Assembly: GCA_951804945.1 (NCBI GenBank)
Contig: OX638150.1
Span: 103,354,001 to 103,418,000 of the forward strand
Source of the DNA: Podarcis cretensis
Lineage: Eukaryota
Reading direction: 5' to 3'
Length of the DNA: 64,000 nt
The position numbers were made by a program, and so were the translations under genes. A model generated the notes under the pieces. The model ran no database searches and was not told where the DNA came from. It saw only the letters and a list, made by a program, of their open reading frames with translations. Each line of letters begins with the position of its first letter. Positions within the stretch are counted from its first letter, which is position 1. Positions 1 to 11,735 of the stretch are shown here, one piece after another.

Positions 1-887
1 ATGTTTCTAATGCATGTGCAGATTGCTGTGTTTTTTGTTTATTTTTGTTTATTATGGCTATCGTATCCTCCTTCCAATTTCTTCATGGCAATAGCTCATT
101 GATGTAAGTTAGTGATTCCCAGCTGATGGATCAGAACTATCTAGTTAGGATGGGGAGCCTACAACCCTGACCATTGGCTATGCTGGCTGGAGCTGATGGG
201 AGTTAGAGTCCTTCATTGTCTAAAGAGCCACAGGTTCCCAAACTCTGATCTAGGTTGTGGGAACCTGCAGGCAGAGAGTGTTGAGCATTGTGTGGCAAAA
301 AGATGTGAGTGGGATTGGTGTTTGAAGAGGGTTGAAAGGTGAATCTTAAATAAAGACAAATGTCTGTGAAATAACATCTGACCTTGCATTTTACAAATTT
401 CATGATGAGCACTAGGTGCAAGCCTAAGGGCATTCTATACCACAAACTTCAACCCGTTTAAGACTGCAATTAAACCCCACTGAATACAGTTGGATTTACT
501 TCCAAGCAGACCTGCATCAGGTTGTGCTGCACATGTTACAGTTTCCCTTCAAGGACATGTGGAAGCCGTAGTTCCGAAGAGCAGGATACAGGGATTTTTC
601 ATGGCATTTTCCACACTCATAAAAAACTACAGTTCCCATGATGCCTTCGTATTCAGTTTATATCTGTTGTTTATATGGGATCAAAGATCCAAGGATTTAA
701 AGTGACGCATCTAAGGGAGTCTTAATCGGTACAAAGCATCTTCAGCATTTTTGTACCCGGTACCAAGAACACAACTGTTTTGCTAATACCTGTTATAGAT
801 AGGTAGCCGTGTTGGTCTGCCATAGTCAAAACAAAATAAAAAAATTCCTTCCAGTAACACCTTAAAGACCAACTAAGTTAGTTCTAG

Positions 888-925
888 GTATGAGCTTTCG
901 TGTGCATGCACACTTCTTCAGATAC
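888..925 (-). ncRNA. Minimal type I hammerhead ribozyme motif (intact, antisense to CADPS)
   Basis: Minus strand reads GUAU-CUGAAGA-A-GUGUGC-AU-GCACAC-GAAA-GC-UC-AUAC: core boxes, 6-bp stem II, palindromic AGCU stem III, 4-bp stem I. Confidence 0.75.
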
Positions 926-949
926 ACTGAAGAAGACTTCTGTTTCAGT

Positions 950-987
950 GTATCTGAAGAAGTGTGCATGCACACGAAAGGTCATAC
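950..987 (+). ncRNA. Minimal hammerhead ribozyme motif (sense copy, stem III variant AGGU)
   Basis: gtat CTGAAGA agtgtgcatgcacac GAAA gg tc atac; G at 981 breaks the AGCU palindrome present in the mirror copy. Confidence 0.6.
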
Positions 988-1323
988 CTAGAACTAACTT
1001 AGTTGGTCTTTAAGGTGCTACTGGAAGGAATTTTTTTATTTTGTTTTTGCTAATACCTGTGTTGCCACTAATGGGTATGATTTTATTGTTTGCTCATTTG
1101 AAGAAGGATGGTAATATTGCAGTTACTAGCCTCATAAAAATCCCTGAAATGTAGAGTAAATGGTTTGGTAGCAAAGCCTTTTGTTTGGCAGGACCTTTTC
1201 TAGCTGAATTGTTTTGCCCTGTAAAGTATTGTTTTGAGCTCAAAAATTTATACTGTGTGATAAATATGACAGACTGGGTTGCTGTGAAAGATTTCTTACC
1301 ATGCTTTTATTTATTTATTCTAG

Positions 1324-1465
1324 ATAATTTGTGCAATGGAAAATACCACAAACATCTTCAAGACCTGTTTGCCCCACTTGTTGTTAGATATGTCGATCTC
1401 ATGGAATCCTCAATTGCACAGTCAATTCACAGGGGATTTGAGCGGGAGTCATGGGAGCCAGTAAA
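1324..1465 (+). CDS. CADPS: CADPS coding exon (..[46 protein letters not shown][K/N])
   Basis: ttattctag acceptor and AA|gtaagg donor; 142 nt, phase 1 to 2; translation matches the recalled vertebrate CAPS1 MHD1-region sequence almost exactly. Confidence 0.97.
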
Positions 1466-2103
1466 GTAAGGAAACCTCCTTTGATACAATTGGAGTTTTC
1501 GGGTACAAGAGGACTCATACGCAGATGAATTAGTAAAACAGTAGATGCTCTGTGAATGTTTTTTGTTTGGGTGCAAAAAATAATAAGGTCTTGAAAGAGA
1601 AGTCCACTGGTTTTATGGAAGACTTTATAGATACCTTGCGGTGTATTATGCATTGTTAACTTTTAATTATTTGCATTCTGGAGTGAAAGTTCTCTCATTT
1701 GTCTCTTGTCACTCTTTATAGCCCAACTCTTGAACACTTAAGCATAGTGCTGTGTTTGTCACTAAGCGATACTAACCACTTATAACATAGGAAAAGCTGA
1801 ATCGTGGGTCAGCTGGTGGTTGGAATCACTTACCACACATGAGAGAGCAGTTGACAAGTGGTAGGATTCACCTTGCTGCTTGGAAGGATGAGGAAGATGG
1901 CCAAGTCATTCGGGGTTGAGAGAATTCTTTTCAGAGTATTCGGCTGATCTTTGAGTTGATAGGGCCAGTGACATGGTTCCTTGCCACCTCGCTCTTGGCC
2001 TCAGCTTACAGATAATGGCATTCCTGCAGGTGATGTGGGACAAAACTGCTAAGAAGCAGCTCCTACCCCACTGCCAGTAATGCATAAATGAACCTTACAT
2101 CTA

Positions 2104-2473
2104 AGGTAAAGGTAAAGGTAAAGGTACCCCTGCCCGTACGGGCCAGTCTTGACAGACTCTGGGGTTGTGCACCCATCTCACTCAAGAGGCCAGGGGCCAG
2201 CGCTGTCCGGAGACACTTCCGGGTCATGTGGCCAGCGTGACATCACTGCTCTGGCGAGCCAGAGCCGCACACGGAAACGCCATTTACCTTCCCGCTGGTA
2301 AGCGGTCCCTATTTATCTACTTGCACCCGGAGGTGCTTTCGAACTGCTAGGTTGGCAGGCGCTGGGACCGAGCAGCGGGAGCGCACCCCGCCGCAGGGAT
2401 TCGAACCGCCGACCTTTCGATCGGCAAGCCCTAGGCGCTGAGGCTTTAACCCACAGCGCCACCTGCGTCCCTG
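2104..2473 (-). mobile_element. Sauria SINE (full length)
   Basis: tRNA-like head GGGACGCAGGTGGCGCTGTGGGTTAAA on minus strand, (ACCTTT)n tail, TSD tacatctaag at 2096-2105 and 2474-2483. Confidence 0.9.
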
Positions 2474-3999
2474 TACATCTAAGACTCAAGCCTAAATCCA
2501 GGTACTCAAGAGTAACTAAACTAGTTTGTGCACCTGAGCCTTATGGTTCTAACCTGCAACACTTATGTTCCTTACGAGAGAAGTAGGGGAAAACTTATTC
2601 TTTTCCATATTCAAATGCATTATTATTGTTATTTTTGTTGTTGTTGTTATATCAAACATGTGATGGCATGTAAAAAGCCTGATCTTAGACCTGATGCCAT
2701 TGAGTGGTTCTCTAATAACTGTCGTGTTCCCAGTACTCGTGTGAACTGACTCTGAGTTTCTTACTGGGAAGCAATTTCTTCTTTTGACCTACCATCAAGC
2801 AAAAAGCATTCAGAAAAAAAGATGGAAGCTTTCAGGGAAATTTGCCCAAAGGTGGAATTGCGTGTTACTTGCCAAGACATGTAATGAAATGGTGAAAACC
2901 ACCTCTAAGGGGCAAATGTGCTTCATGGGGAGGCTCTTTTCACCAAAGAAAACTGGTTCTTGTCTCAAAACATGTTTGGAAAATACATTAATAGTTTCAC
3001 CATAAAAATTGTGTTTTACATTTTATTTTAGGCAACAATACTGAAACATATACTTGAAAAATAGTGCACGCATATATGAACTTTGTAGTTTTAAATGAAT
3101 TTAGATTTTCTTTTTCTTTTTTACATGCCGTTCAGTCTATTAGGTCCAAGCCAGAGTCCACAATTTATTTATTCCACATTAGTTCCATGATCTGCATGAA
3201 TTGTGGTTTGCAGTCACTTTTTTTTTCCCTGCACATGTTCTCTTTCTTATAAAAGTCTGCTGCTTTTGAATAGCAATCTCTGTTTCTAAATTAATTCAGG
3301 GATATTTAATTGTATCACAGTCGCTTACCTTGTGCATGAAGATCTATTGATTTTAGTGGTAATGTTATGCAGGAAAGCTGTGCAGGGCTTTCTCTTTATA
3401 TATTATCTTTAAAAGTTGTATAAAGGTGGATTTTTTTTTAGAAATGCCCTTCAAGCCTAACATGGCCACACTCCAGTAGCAACTGGCATATTGAAGTGCC
3501 ATTGGTTTCAGCCAGAGACTTGAGGATGTAGTTAACTCTCCTGTTAAAATCTAAGGGAATTAAACGTGTGTCTTTGGCTGAATCATGCCACGTGGTGCGG
3601 GCGGTGGAGGGATTACACTCGTCTATTTATACCAATCTTTTGTCAACTTCACTAAATTCTTACACTGGATTTGTATTTAAGGGTATGTGCCATTTTTGAT
3701 TTGCAAACGAAAATGTAAATTCATGAAGACTTTGTTGAATTTTGAATATGCTGGTGAAAAGAGAGTGATCCAAATCAGAAACAGGTGGTGCTGCTTGATG
3801 GGGAGAATGGTGCCAACAAGTGGAAGAAGAATATTGAAGCTGCCTTATACTGATTTGAACCACTGGTCCATCTAGCTCAGACACCAGCCGTGGTTCTCCT
3901 GGACTTCAGACAGCAGCCTCCCCCAGCCCATAACTGAAATATGAAATAAAGCAATTGCAGTAAAACAACATGGCAATTAAAACGGTAGACACCAAAGGA

Positions 4000-4640
4000 C
4001 ACCAAGGAGTGCAGATCTTTGGACTGGCCACAGAGCACTGCCACCAGACTGCACACATCTGGGCACTCTAGTTGTGCCCTAACAAACTTGGCAACATTGC
4101 AGGCAATTCTGGAGCACACATCACAGATCTTACATGCAGTCGCCTAAGCCATCTTCGGCTGGCCCTGGTGATTCCCAGGCTGTTTACTCTGGATGAGTTC
4201 TGCAAGCCAGTAGAGTTGTTCTACTGCAGGAGATTCCAGACTGCTTTACTTTTGCAAGCAGTCGTCCTATTCCATTACATCTTTGAGAAGAAAAGGCTAA
4301 GGAGTAAACCGTACACAAATCCGGAGTGGAGTCTCAAATATTGTTGGATGGCATCTTATACTCCTCTTTCCAGCAATTCCTGCAGCCAAGCTGCTCTGCT
4401 TTCCTTTAGATCACACTGGCGATGCCAATAAGAGGGTCTTGTCCTCTGGTCACCCCTGGACCTCCATACACACTGCCCAGGCTTGTGCCCTGGACAGATC
4501 ACTTTGGTGCTGCTAATGCAGCAAAAACAACACAGGAGGCAATACTGGTCTCTGCAGCCATAGCAGGCTCTATTATTCTCCAGCGGTCTGACTTCACCCA
4601 TTGTCTCTCAAGACAGACAGATGCCAACAACAACAACAAC
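4000..4640 (+). mobile_element. RTE-related non-autonomous retroelement remnant with (CAA)n tail
   Basis: Ends gagacagacagatgcc-like plus (aac)n; 4316-4420 is homologous to 11825-11944, so it is a dispersed repeat; family and 5' boundary uncertain. Confidence 0.45.
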
Positions 4641-6470
4641 CTGTTCTGAACATCATTAAGAAGTCATCCTGTCTTTCAGGAGGATCTGCTCAGCAGCCAT
4701 TTACTCTTCTGACATAGGAAGAAGGGGAGCAGGATGGACTGCCTTTTCTCCTTTCAGGACTCAGCTTGCCATATCATAGTGTGAATTACCTTCAGCTTGT
4801 CCATGTTGTGTAGGAGGAGCTTTATTTCAGTCAGAGTTCTTCCCACCTACCACTGAGACAAAGACTCGGAATCCCGTTGCTAATTGCAGTGGCACATTGT
4901 ACAGAGAGGCTGCCTCCCCTGCTCTTGGAGTCCAGCCATAGACTGAATGCTGGGATGAGGGACCTGGGGAAGTCCAGATGTCATTGGACTCCAGCTCCCA
5001 TTAGTCCCAGACAGCAAGGCCAGTAGGTATGGTAGTCCAAGAACTTTTGAAAGGCCACAGATTCCTCATCCCTGGTGCAATCACCATAAGCCAATGGTTG
5101 GAAGTCACTGCTTTAGCATATATAGGGTTTTCAGCCTTAGTTAATAACAAAGCTAACAATGTGACCTCCATTCAGTGTAAATTATTATCGGCAAATATTC
5201 GCTTCCCATTGGAGAGAATTGGAGAAAAGCTTTCAACTTTATCTGGAAGAGAAAGCAAGAGATGCATATGTCTCACGGAGCCTTCTGCTATCTTGCTTTG
5301 AATCATTAGGTCAAATTGTGTGGATGGAATCTCATTACCTCTCGCAGGCCAAGAAGTTCTATCACAACACAGAGTCTTTAGAATAGACCTTTTGACATGC
5401 CTGCCTGCAAATCAAGGTTGAAATATATGGCACTTTATTTAACCTAACCAGATGGCTCTATAAGAGATTGTAGATTTTTTTAAAAAAAATCATCATAGCA
5501 AAATGCTGCAGAGCACCTTTGAAATTGACTCGAGCCATACATAGAGATAAGCGTTGAAAGCAACAAAGAGTCCCTACAAATGCTGTATAAATATGCCTCT
5601 CTTTGTTTTATTTTATTATTGCTATTATTTCACTCATTCTGCAAAAGCTGCAAACCTTATCAAGATGAGTCGTCTTGCTTTTTGAAAGGTTTGCACAGCT
5701 TGGTAATTGTGGACAAAACTATGTAGGGGAAATTAATCGAAGCAAGGCAGCAACCCTAACACAATTTTCCAAAACACTGAATATGTAAGATAAATCTATT
5801 CTCGGAGATTAAATGCAGACAGTCACATGAGGTAAGGGATCAAAGCAACAGCACCTTTGGACTCATTGCTTGATGAGCTCCATGGTATTCAGCAACCACC
5901 CAGATATCAGTGCACTGAGGAATTTGATCAACAGAACTTGGCTCATCTGGAGCAAGGTCACGGTACACAGGTCAGCTACCACACGAGAAAGGGCAGCAGG
6001 ACAAGCATGTTAGCTCCACCCACATCCATTTTCATCAGCTGCCTTGAGTTGGAAGGTGACTTTCTGCAGCAGAGAGCCTCCTGTATCTATGTGTGCTTTC
6101 TGTGTGTTTTGGGGAACAGAGCAAGTAAAGCTAACATACTTGTTCTTGCTGGAGCCCCCTCACTCACACCTACATACAGGGCAACTTGCCTGTGTACATA
6201 ATGCCTGAATAGGGCTTGTGTGCCCTTTACAGGAAATCATTTAAGAAAAATGCATTATTTTCATTAATACTGCATTTTGATGCGATTTGATGTCATTGTT
6301 AAGAGTAATGACTACCACAGAAATAAATAAATATTTTTATAAAACAAAGAAGTTCAAACCCCCGGGGGGGGGGGATAGGCTGTAGGCCCTGAGAAAGAGA
6401 GCATCAGTACTCACCGAAAAAGCCTTTCTCATATTTCATCCACCAGATGGTGCCCAGAACTTTCCATATA

Positions 6471-6642
6471 CCGTATTTTTCCGTCTATAAGACGCCCCCA
6501 TGTATAAGACGCCCCCTATTTTGGGGGACTCAGATTTAAGAAAATGGGGGGAGATGGGAGATGGTCCCATGTATAAGACACCCCCTAATTTTTAACATTA
6601 TTTTTTTGGGGGAAACCTAGTCTTATACATGGAAAAATACGG
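6471..6642. mobile_element. Tc1/mariner (pogo/Tc2-like) MITE
   Basis: 23-bp TIRs ccgtatttttcc(g/a)t(c/g)tataagac, TA TSD on both sides, internal tataagac-ccccc repeats. Confidence 0.85.
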
Positions 6643-9600
6643 TATCTCTGAGGATGTTGGTCTCCCCACATCTGGGGCTGTAAGGTGGTGCCTATGCCAG
6701 CCTTCCAACAGCCTTCGGAATTGGAAGTTATTGCAGGGGGCGGGGAACCAGAGGAATTTACTAAAGATGGTGGTTGTAGCTACATGCAAGGACATGATTG
6801 TGGTGGCTAACCCCCGGTTCTTAAGGGACACAAGGTATGGCAGGACCTCTCATGCCTAAGGGGAGTCTGGGCCCACCCCGGCATGAGACCTAAAGGCTTC
6901 AAAGGAAGACGATGCCCTGGAGTACGCTTGGAATGTGGAAGGCGCAATGGACTGTAATACTCCCTGCATCACGCCATGCCTCCAAGTGCCCACAGGTCCT
7001 CAGGAAAGGGCCCTGACTCCAACTGAGCCCCGGGTGCCAGAGCTCAAAAGCCATCCTCCTGAAATTGAGACAGAATGTCCACTGTGCTATTACTGGAACA
7101 AAACTGGCTGAAAAGGAGATCTTAGCCAGCTGGAGCACAAATGCCCATAACAACCTCAGGTCCTGCCAGAAGGACAGCTTGGCCAGAACCCTCACCACCA
7201 CTTGATTGTCAGACCCTGAAGTTCCGGCATTCCTCAACCCAGATATGTACAGCCACCAGGATGGGGAAGAAGTCTAGGAAGGTAAGGTCGCATGTGATCC
7301 TTTCTCCCTCCAATGAGCAGGCCATGGCTGGAAGCACCAACAACCCTTGAAGTAGACTCCGAAGCCTAGGCTGCTGGAGGCATCGGAATGGGCCTGGGAA
7401 TTGTGGCGAGTGACCAATAGAACCTGCCAGAAGGAATCCTCATTGTATGCTTGCAGGAATACCGACCACACAGCTGACGGTAAGCAGTCCTTACCTTGCT
7501 CCCTCATGGAAGTCAGTGGTCGTTCTGGCTGCCTTGCCCTCCCCTAGCAGTAGCCAAGCTTGCTGTCGGCTACGCACAAGCAAGCACAGGGCCCATATCT
7601 GCCCCATGGGCATTAGACAATCTGCATTAGCTTATCCAATTTGAATGCAGCACAAGGGATACTTTTATAAGAGAGAAATGTGTGCAGTGATATCAAGAAG
7701 CATTGTCATTTTTCACGCGTGCCGTTCTGTGGCTCTAGTAACACCCAGGTGCTATTACTGTTAGGTGCAACTCCGATAACTTGGCTGAAACTTCAAATCA
7801 GATAATTAGATGTGTAAATAAGATCAGTTGCCCCTGCCAAAAAAAAAAAAAAGTCCAAATAGAGAAGCTCAGAAATAGACTTTTCTTACATATACTGCAG
7901 TATTTTAGTTTACTGTGAAAAAGAAACTGAGTTGTAATATGGCTTTTAAAAGAAATGGAATAAAAAGGTATGTGTGGATACAGCACCATATAACAACATT
8001 GCATTAATACTTGACTGCGAGGGAAGAAAATATTTTATTAATAGTAAACCTTTGGGTGATACCCAACATTACTCATACTCAGAGTATGCCCATTTATATC
8101 AGTATGACTAATATTGCTTATCACTGTAAAACTACAGTAATGCACGCTTTATTAGTTGAACACTGAATACCCAGTGTCTTTTAAATATTATAATAAGCAT
8201 CTTTTTTAAAAAATGTATTTATATGTGATTGACAAGCTTAAGTTGCTTTTCTTCATGAATTTACATGCCTTCAATTAATTTCTTAACATTTGATGTCCAA
8301 CTGAATATGCCTATCAGTCTTGGAATTTGTAACAGATTCTCAGCCATTCTGAGAACTCATTTCCAATTTGGATTAAGAGGCATTCATTTGCCTGTGTTAA
8401 AGGGTTATGCAATATTTTAGGTTGCAAACAAATTGCAAATCGGCATATAATTATGAAATAAGCAGGTCCCACTGAAAAGTCCATAATTGCCTTCTGGATT
8501 GCAGCCTTAACTAGAAAAATAAAACCACCAGATTGGAGGCAACAGTTCCATTAATTAAAACACAGTGGACTGGATCCTTACTTAAGAGTAGACCTCATTA
8601 CAGTCAATGGGACTTAAGTCAGTCATGAGTATCATAGGTCCCATTGGTTTCAATGGACTACTCTAATTATGACAAAGTCTAGATCTAGCCGTATTTAAGA
8701 ACAGATTTCTTCTTTCCCCCTTTCATGGGTGCCAGAGGAAGGCCTCAAGATTTCCATTGTACTCATGGGTGTCTTGTTGGTGACCTAAGGTGATATCCAA
8801 CTAAGTCATACTACTAATCAATTTCAGTGGGTCTACTCAGAGTATCGCTGGATCTCATCCTTCCCTCCATCCATATGCCAAACCTTGCTACTCTATTATA
8901 GTTGAAGCAGAAGGGATTTTTCAATTGGTGGTGACTCAACATTCTGCATCTGGAATGGTTTGAAAACATTGCATCCTATTTACATGAAGTAAAGGCAACA
9001 CAAATACATACCTGGGCAAAAGTGGCTTGGAAAAACAGCCGAACACACAGAGGTTCACTGCACCAAAAAATCTAATTCAGAACCAGTTTTGTGTCAGTGT
9101 CCGTATTCAAATACATCGGCTGGGATCCAAACAAAGAATAGGTGTGCACAGAGCAGAATCATAGACGCACAACCAGAGTTTTGCTTTTAGGTTTCCACGG
9201 AACGTTTTCACATAGGCCTGTCCTTTGCAAATGCATACCACTTCTTTGAACCCTTAGCTTTAGATGCACTTTCCCTGTGACATCCCACTTGAGATTATAC
9301 TAAAATGTGGGCTGTATAATACGGCTGTAGCCAATGTGCTGCCCTACAGGTGTAGGAGCAACCAGCACTGAGTGATGATGCCACACTACTGCCTTCCTGA
9401 GAGTGGCATCATTGTGGCTTACCAAGGTTAGAAGCAGAGCTAGACAGTGGCAAGGTCAGTGCTTTGCTGGTGCACGCTGCCGCCTCGATGTTGCTGCCAC
9501 CCTGCCCAGACCGGTCATGGTGAGTGGCAGCGTTGCCACTGTTGGGAGAACAATGGTGGCTGTTAGGCTACAATTCTCATGATCTCTGACATTTGGCCTC

Positions 9601-10681
9601 TAGCTGTGGTTGATGGGAGTTAAAGCCCAACAACTTCAGGAGGACACAGCATTGGCTCCCCGTGGTGTCAGTCACATTTTGGCATGGGACAAGGAGATGA
9701 TGCCAGTCAAAAATAAAAGAAATCAATATGCAAAATGTTGACCACCCTCGCATACCAGTAAATTTCTCAAGTGTACAGTTCTTTCTATGACTTTAATCTG
9801 ATCGCTGGGATTTGCTTTCATAATGAAATTGCAAGGAATTTCTGAATTAATCTTGCTCTGTTGTGGGTAGTATATAATTGTATGGAGAAGAGTTTCATTT
9901 CTCTTTAAGCTGGGCAGATGGTAGTTAAATCATTTTGCTTTTTATATATAAAAAAATGAATGATATGAGAGTATATCTTTCTTACTGTCATCTCTGGAAT
10001 ATGTCTGCTATAACCAGCTGTCCTCAGTGAGCATTGTTTATGTCTAAAATGTTTGTTTCCTGTTGAGAACATCATAAAAATCCTCAGAGAGTGAATTTCT
10101 AGGTACCAAAACTGCAAGATGTTTTCACTCGTGAGGTCATTATTCTGGTCACATCTGTTTCATCAGATGAAGCATCTACAGTCACTAACCCTTCCGTGTG
10201 TATTTTTATAGAATATGTATTTTATTACATGATAATGTCTTCAATAGAGAGAGTCAGTCAAATCACATTTCAGGTACCAGGCCTGCTGGAATCATAGCTC
10301 TCATTGTAGTGATAAACTTTTATCTAGGCTCCACTGCACCACTTCAGATGAGTACATAACCGAATGCTTCTCTATACAAAAAAATGCCCCCCTCTCCAAG
10401 TAGTTATCATAAAGTAGGGTTTCAGCCTAGCTTTCTTCCTGGTTTGTTATATACAGGGGATTTCCTGGCATGGAGGAGTATTCAGTTATGTGAGCCACTT
10501 CCTGCAGTCAAATGCTGCTGCTCAGACATGGTCTTTACCACTCCTTTGGGAGCCAGGTATTAGGCTAAGAGGTTGCACTTGCTCATCAGAGTGTTCTTGT
10601 TTGGTTTTTTCCTCCAGTAGCCCCAGAAAACTTATCACCTTGTTGTCAATTAACATTATTAATTGGGAATGGGATCATGTG

Positions 10682-10860
10682 ATCATAGAACTGTAGAGTT
10701 GGAAGGGACCCCAAGGGTTATCTGGTCCAACTTCCCGCAATGCAGGAATCTCAGCCAAAGCATCCATGACAGATGGCCATCCAACCTCTGCTTAAAAACC
10801 TCCAAGGAAGGAAAGTCCATCACCTCCTGTGGGAGTCTGTTCCCCTATAGGACAGTTCTT
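10682..10860 (-). mobile_element. CR1 LINE 3' end fragment
   Basis: atcatagaactgtagagttggaagggacccc... is the reverse complement of the CR1 3' terminus. Confidence 0.75.
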
Positions 10861-11216
10861 CCCATTCACATCAGGGGCTTCTAATTTTGCTCTAGAGGTT
10901 AGCCGATTCCATATTTAAGTCATGGGGAATATATGAGAATAATGGGTGGAAGTCAGCGCAGCACTAAGGAGCTTTTTCCGTCAGCGCAAACATTTATGAT
11001 TGCCCCATGGAATTATCTCCCTCTCCTCCCCACTGCATACTGTCCTGGCAGTTCTCCTGCCCCTCCTGAGCAGATTTGGAGTAGGTGAAGCTCCCTTTCA
11101 CTAGTGGGAATCCTTGTGTTGGCTTTCACTAGCAGAACTGATTAGCTGAATGCACATCACGCTGAAAAAATGTACCCAAATCTCATTGTGTCCCAGAGCA
11201 CTAAAAAGTGCTTCTC

Positions 11217-11262
11217 TATTATTATTATTATTACTACTACTACTACTACTACTACTATTATT
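11217..11262. repeat. (TTA)n/(CTA)n compound microsatellite
   Basis: Seen directly. Confidence 0.9.
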
Positions 11263-11476
11263 AATCATATATGTATGTTACTATTGCTAATCCTGATCTG
11301 CAGTGTCTGGGGCTGAAGTAGGTTTTGAACTCATATTTCAAGTCTATAGGGTAGCAAATCCTCAATCATACAAGCTCATTCCTTCAGGCATTCGTTTTGT
11401 CACTAGAATTAGGAACAGAAATGTGAGTATAGATTGCATAACAATCCCCAGAAAAGAAAAGAAAAATTAAAGAGCC

Positions 11477-11735
11477 ACAGCCCTGCACATATTTAATTTG
11501 GGAGTAAATTTCATAGAATACATTACAACTTAGAGATACATAGAACTGCAGCATAAGGATGCAATCCTTGGCACATTTATTGGGAATAAGTCCTGTGAGA
11601 TCAGCGGACCTTAGCTCTTGTTCATATTCATAAAACTAGACTTCGTGGCTATAATCCTAGATCGCCTTACTTGAAAGTAAACTCTTTTGAATTCAGAGGG
11701 ACTTACTCCTGAGAAAAGGCACACAGGATTGGGAT
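11477..11735. mobile_element. Cluster of three degenerate ~90-bp palindromic MITE-like elements
   Basis: Each follows the pattern (gc)aatcct...agtaa...ttac...aggattg; related copies near 8567-8690, 12760-12849, 15485-15570, 21383-21470, 45335-45410, 46568-46655 and 49598-49680. Confidence 0.55.

Larger units (their letters stand above)
794..1044. mobile_element. Penelope-like retroelement remnant (inverted pseudo-LTR pair)
   Basis: Starts gtagccgtgttggtctg... (reptile Penelope LTR-like); arms 828-931 and 944-1047 are reverse complements with 2 mismatches; flanking direct repeat ttttgctaatacctgt at 778-793 and 1045-1060. Confidence 0.8.
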
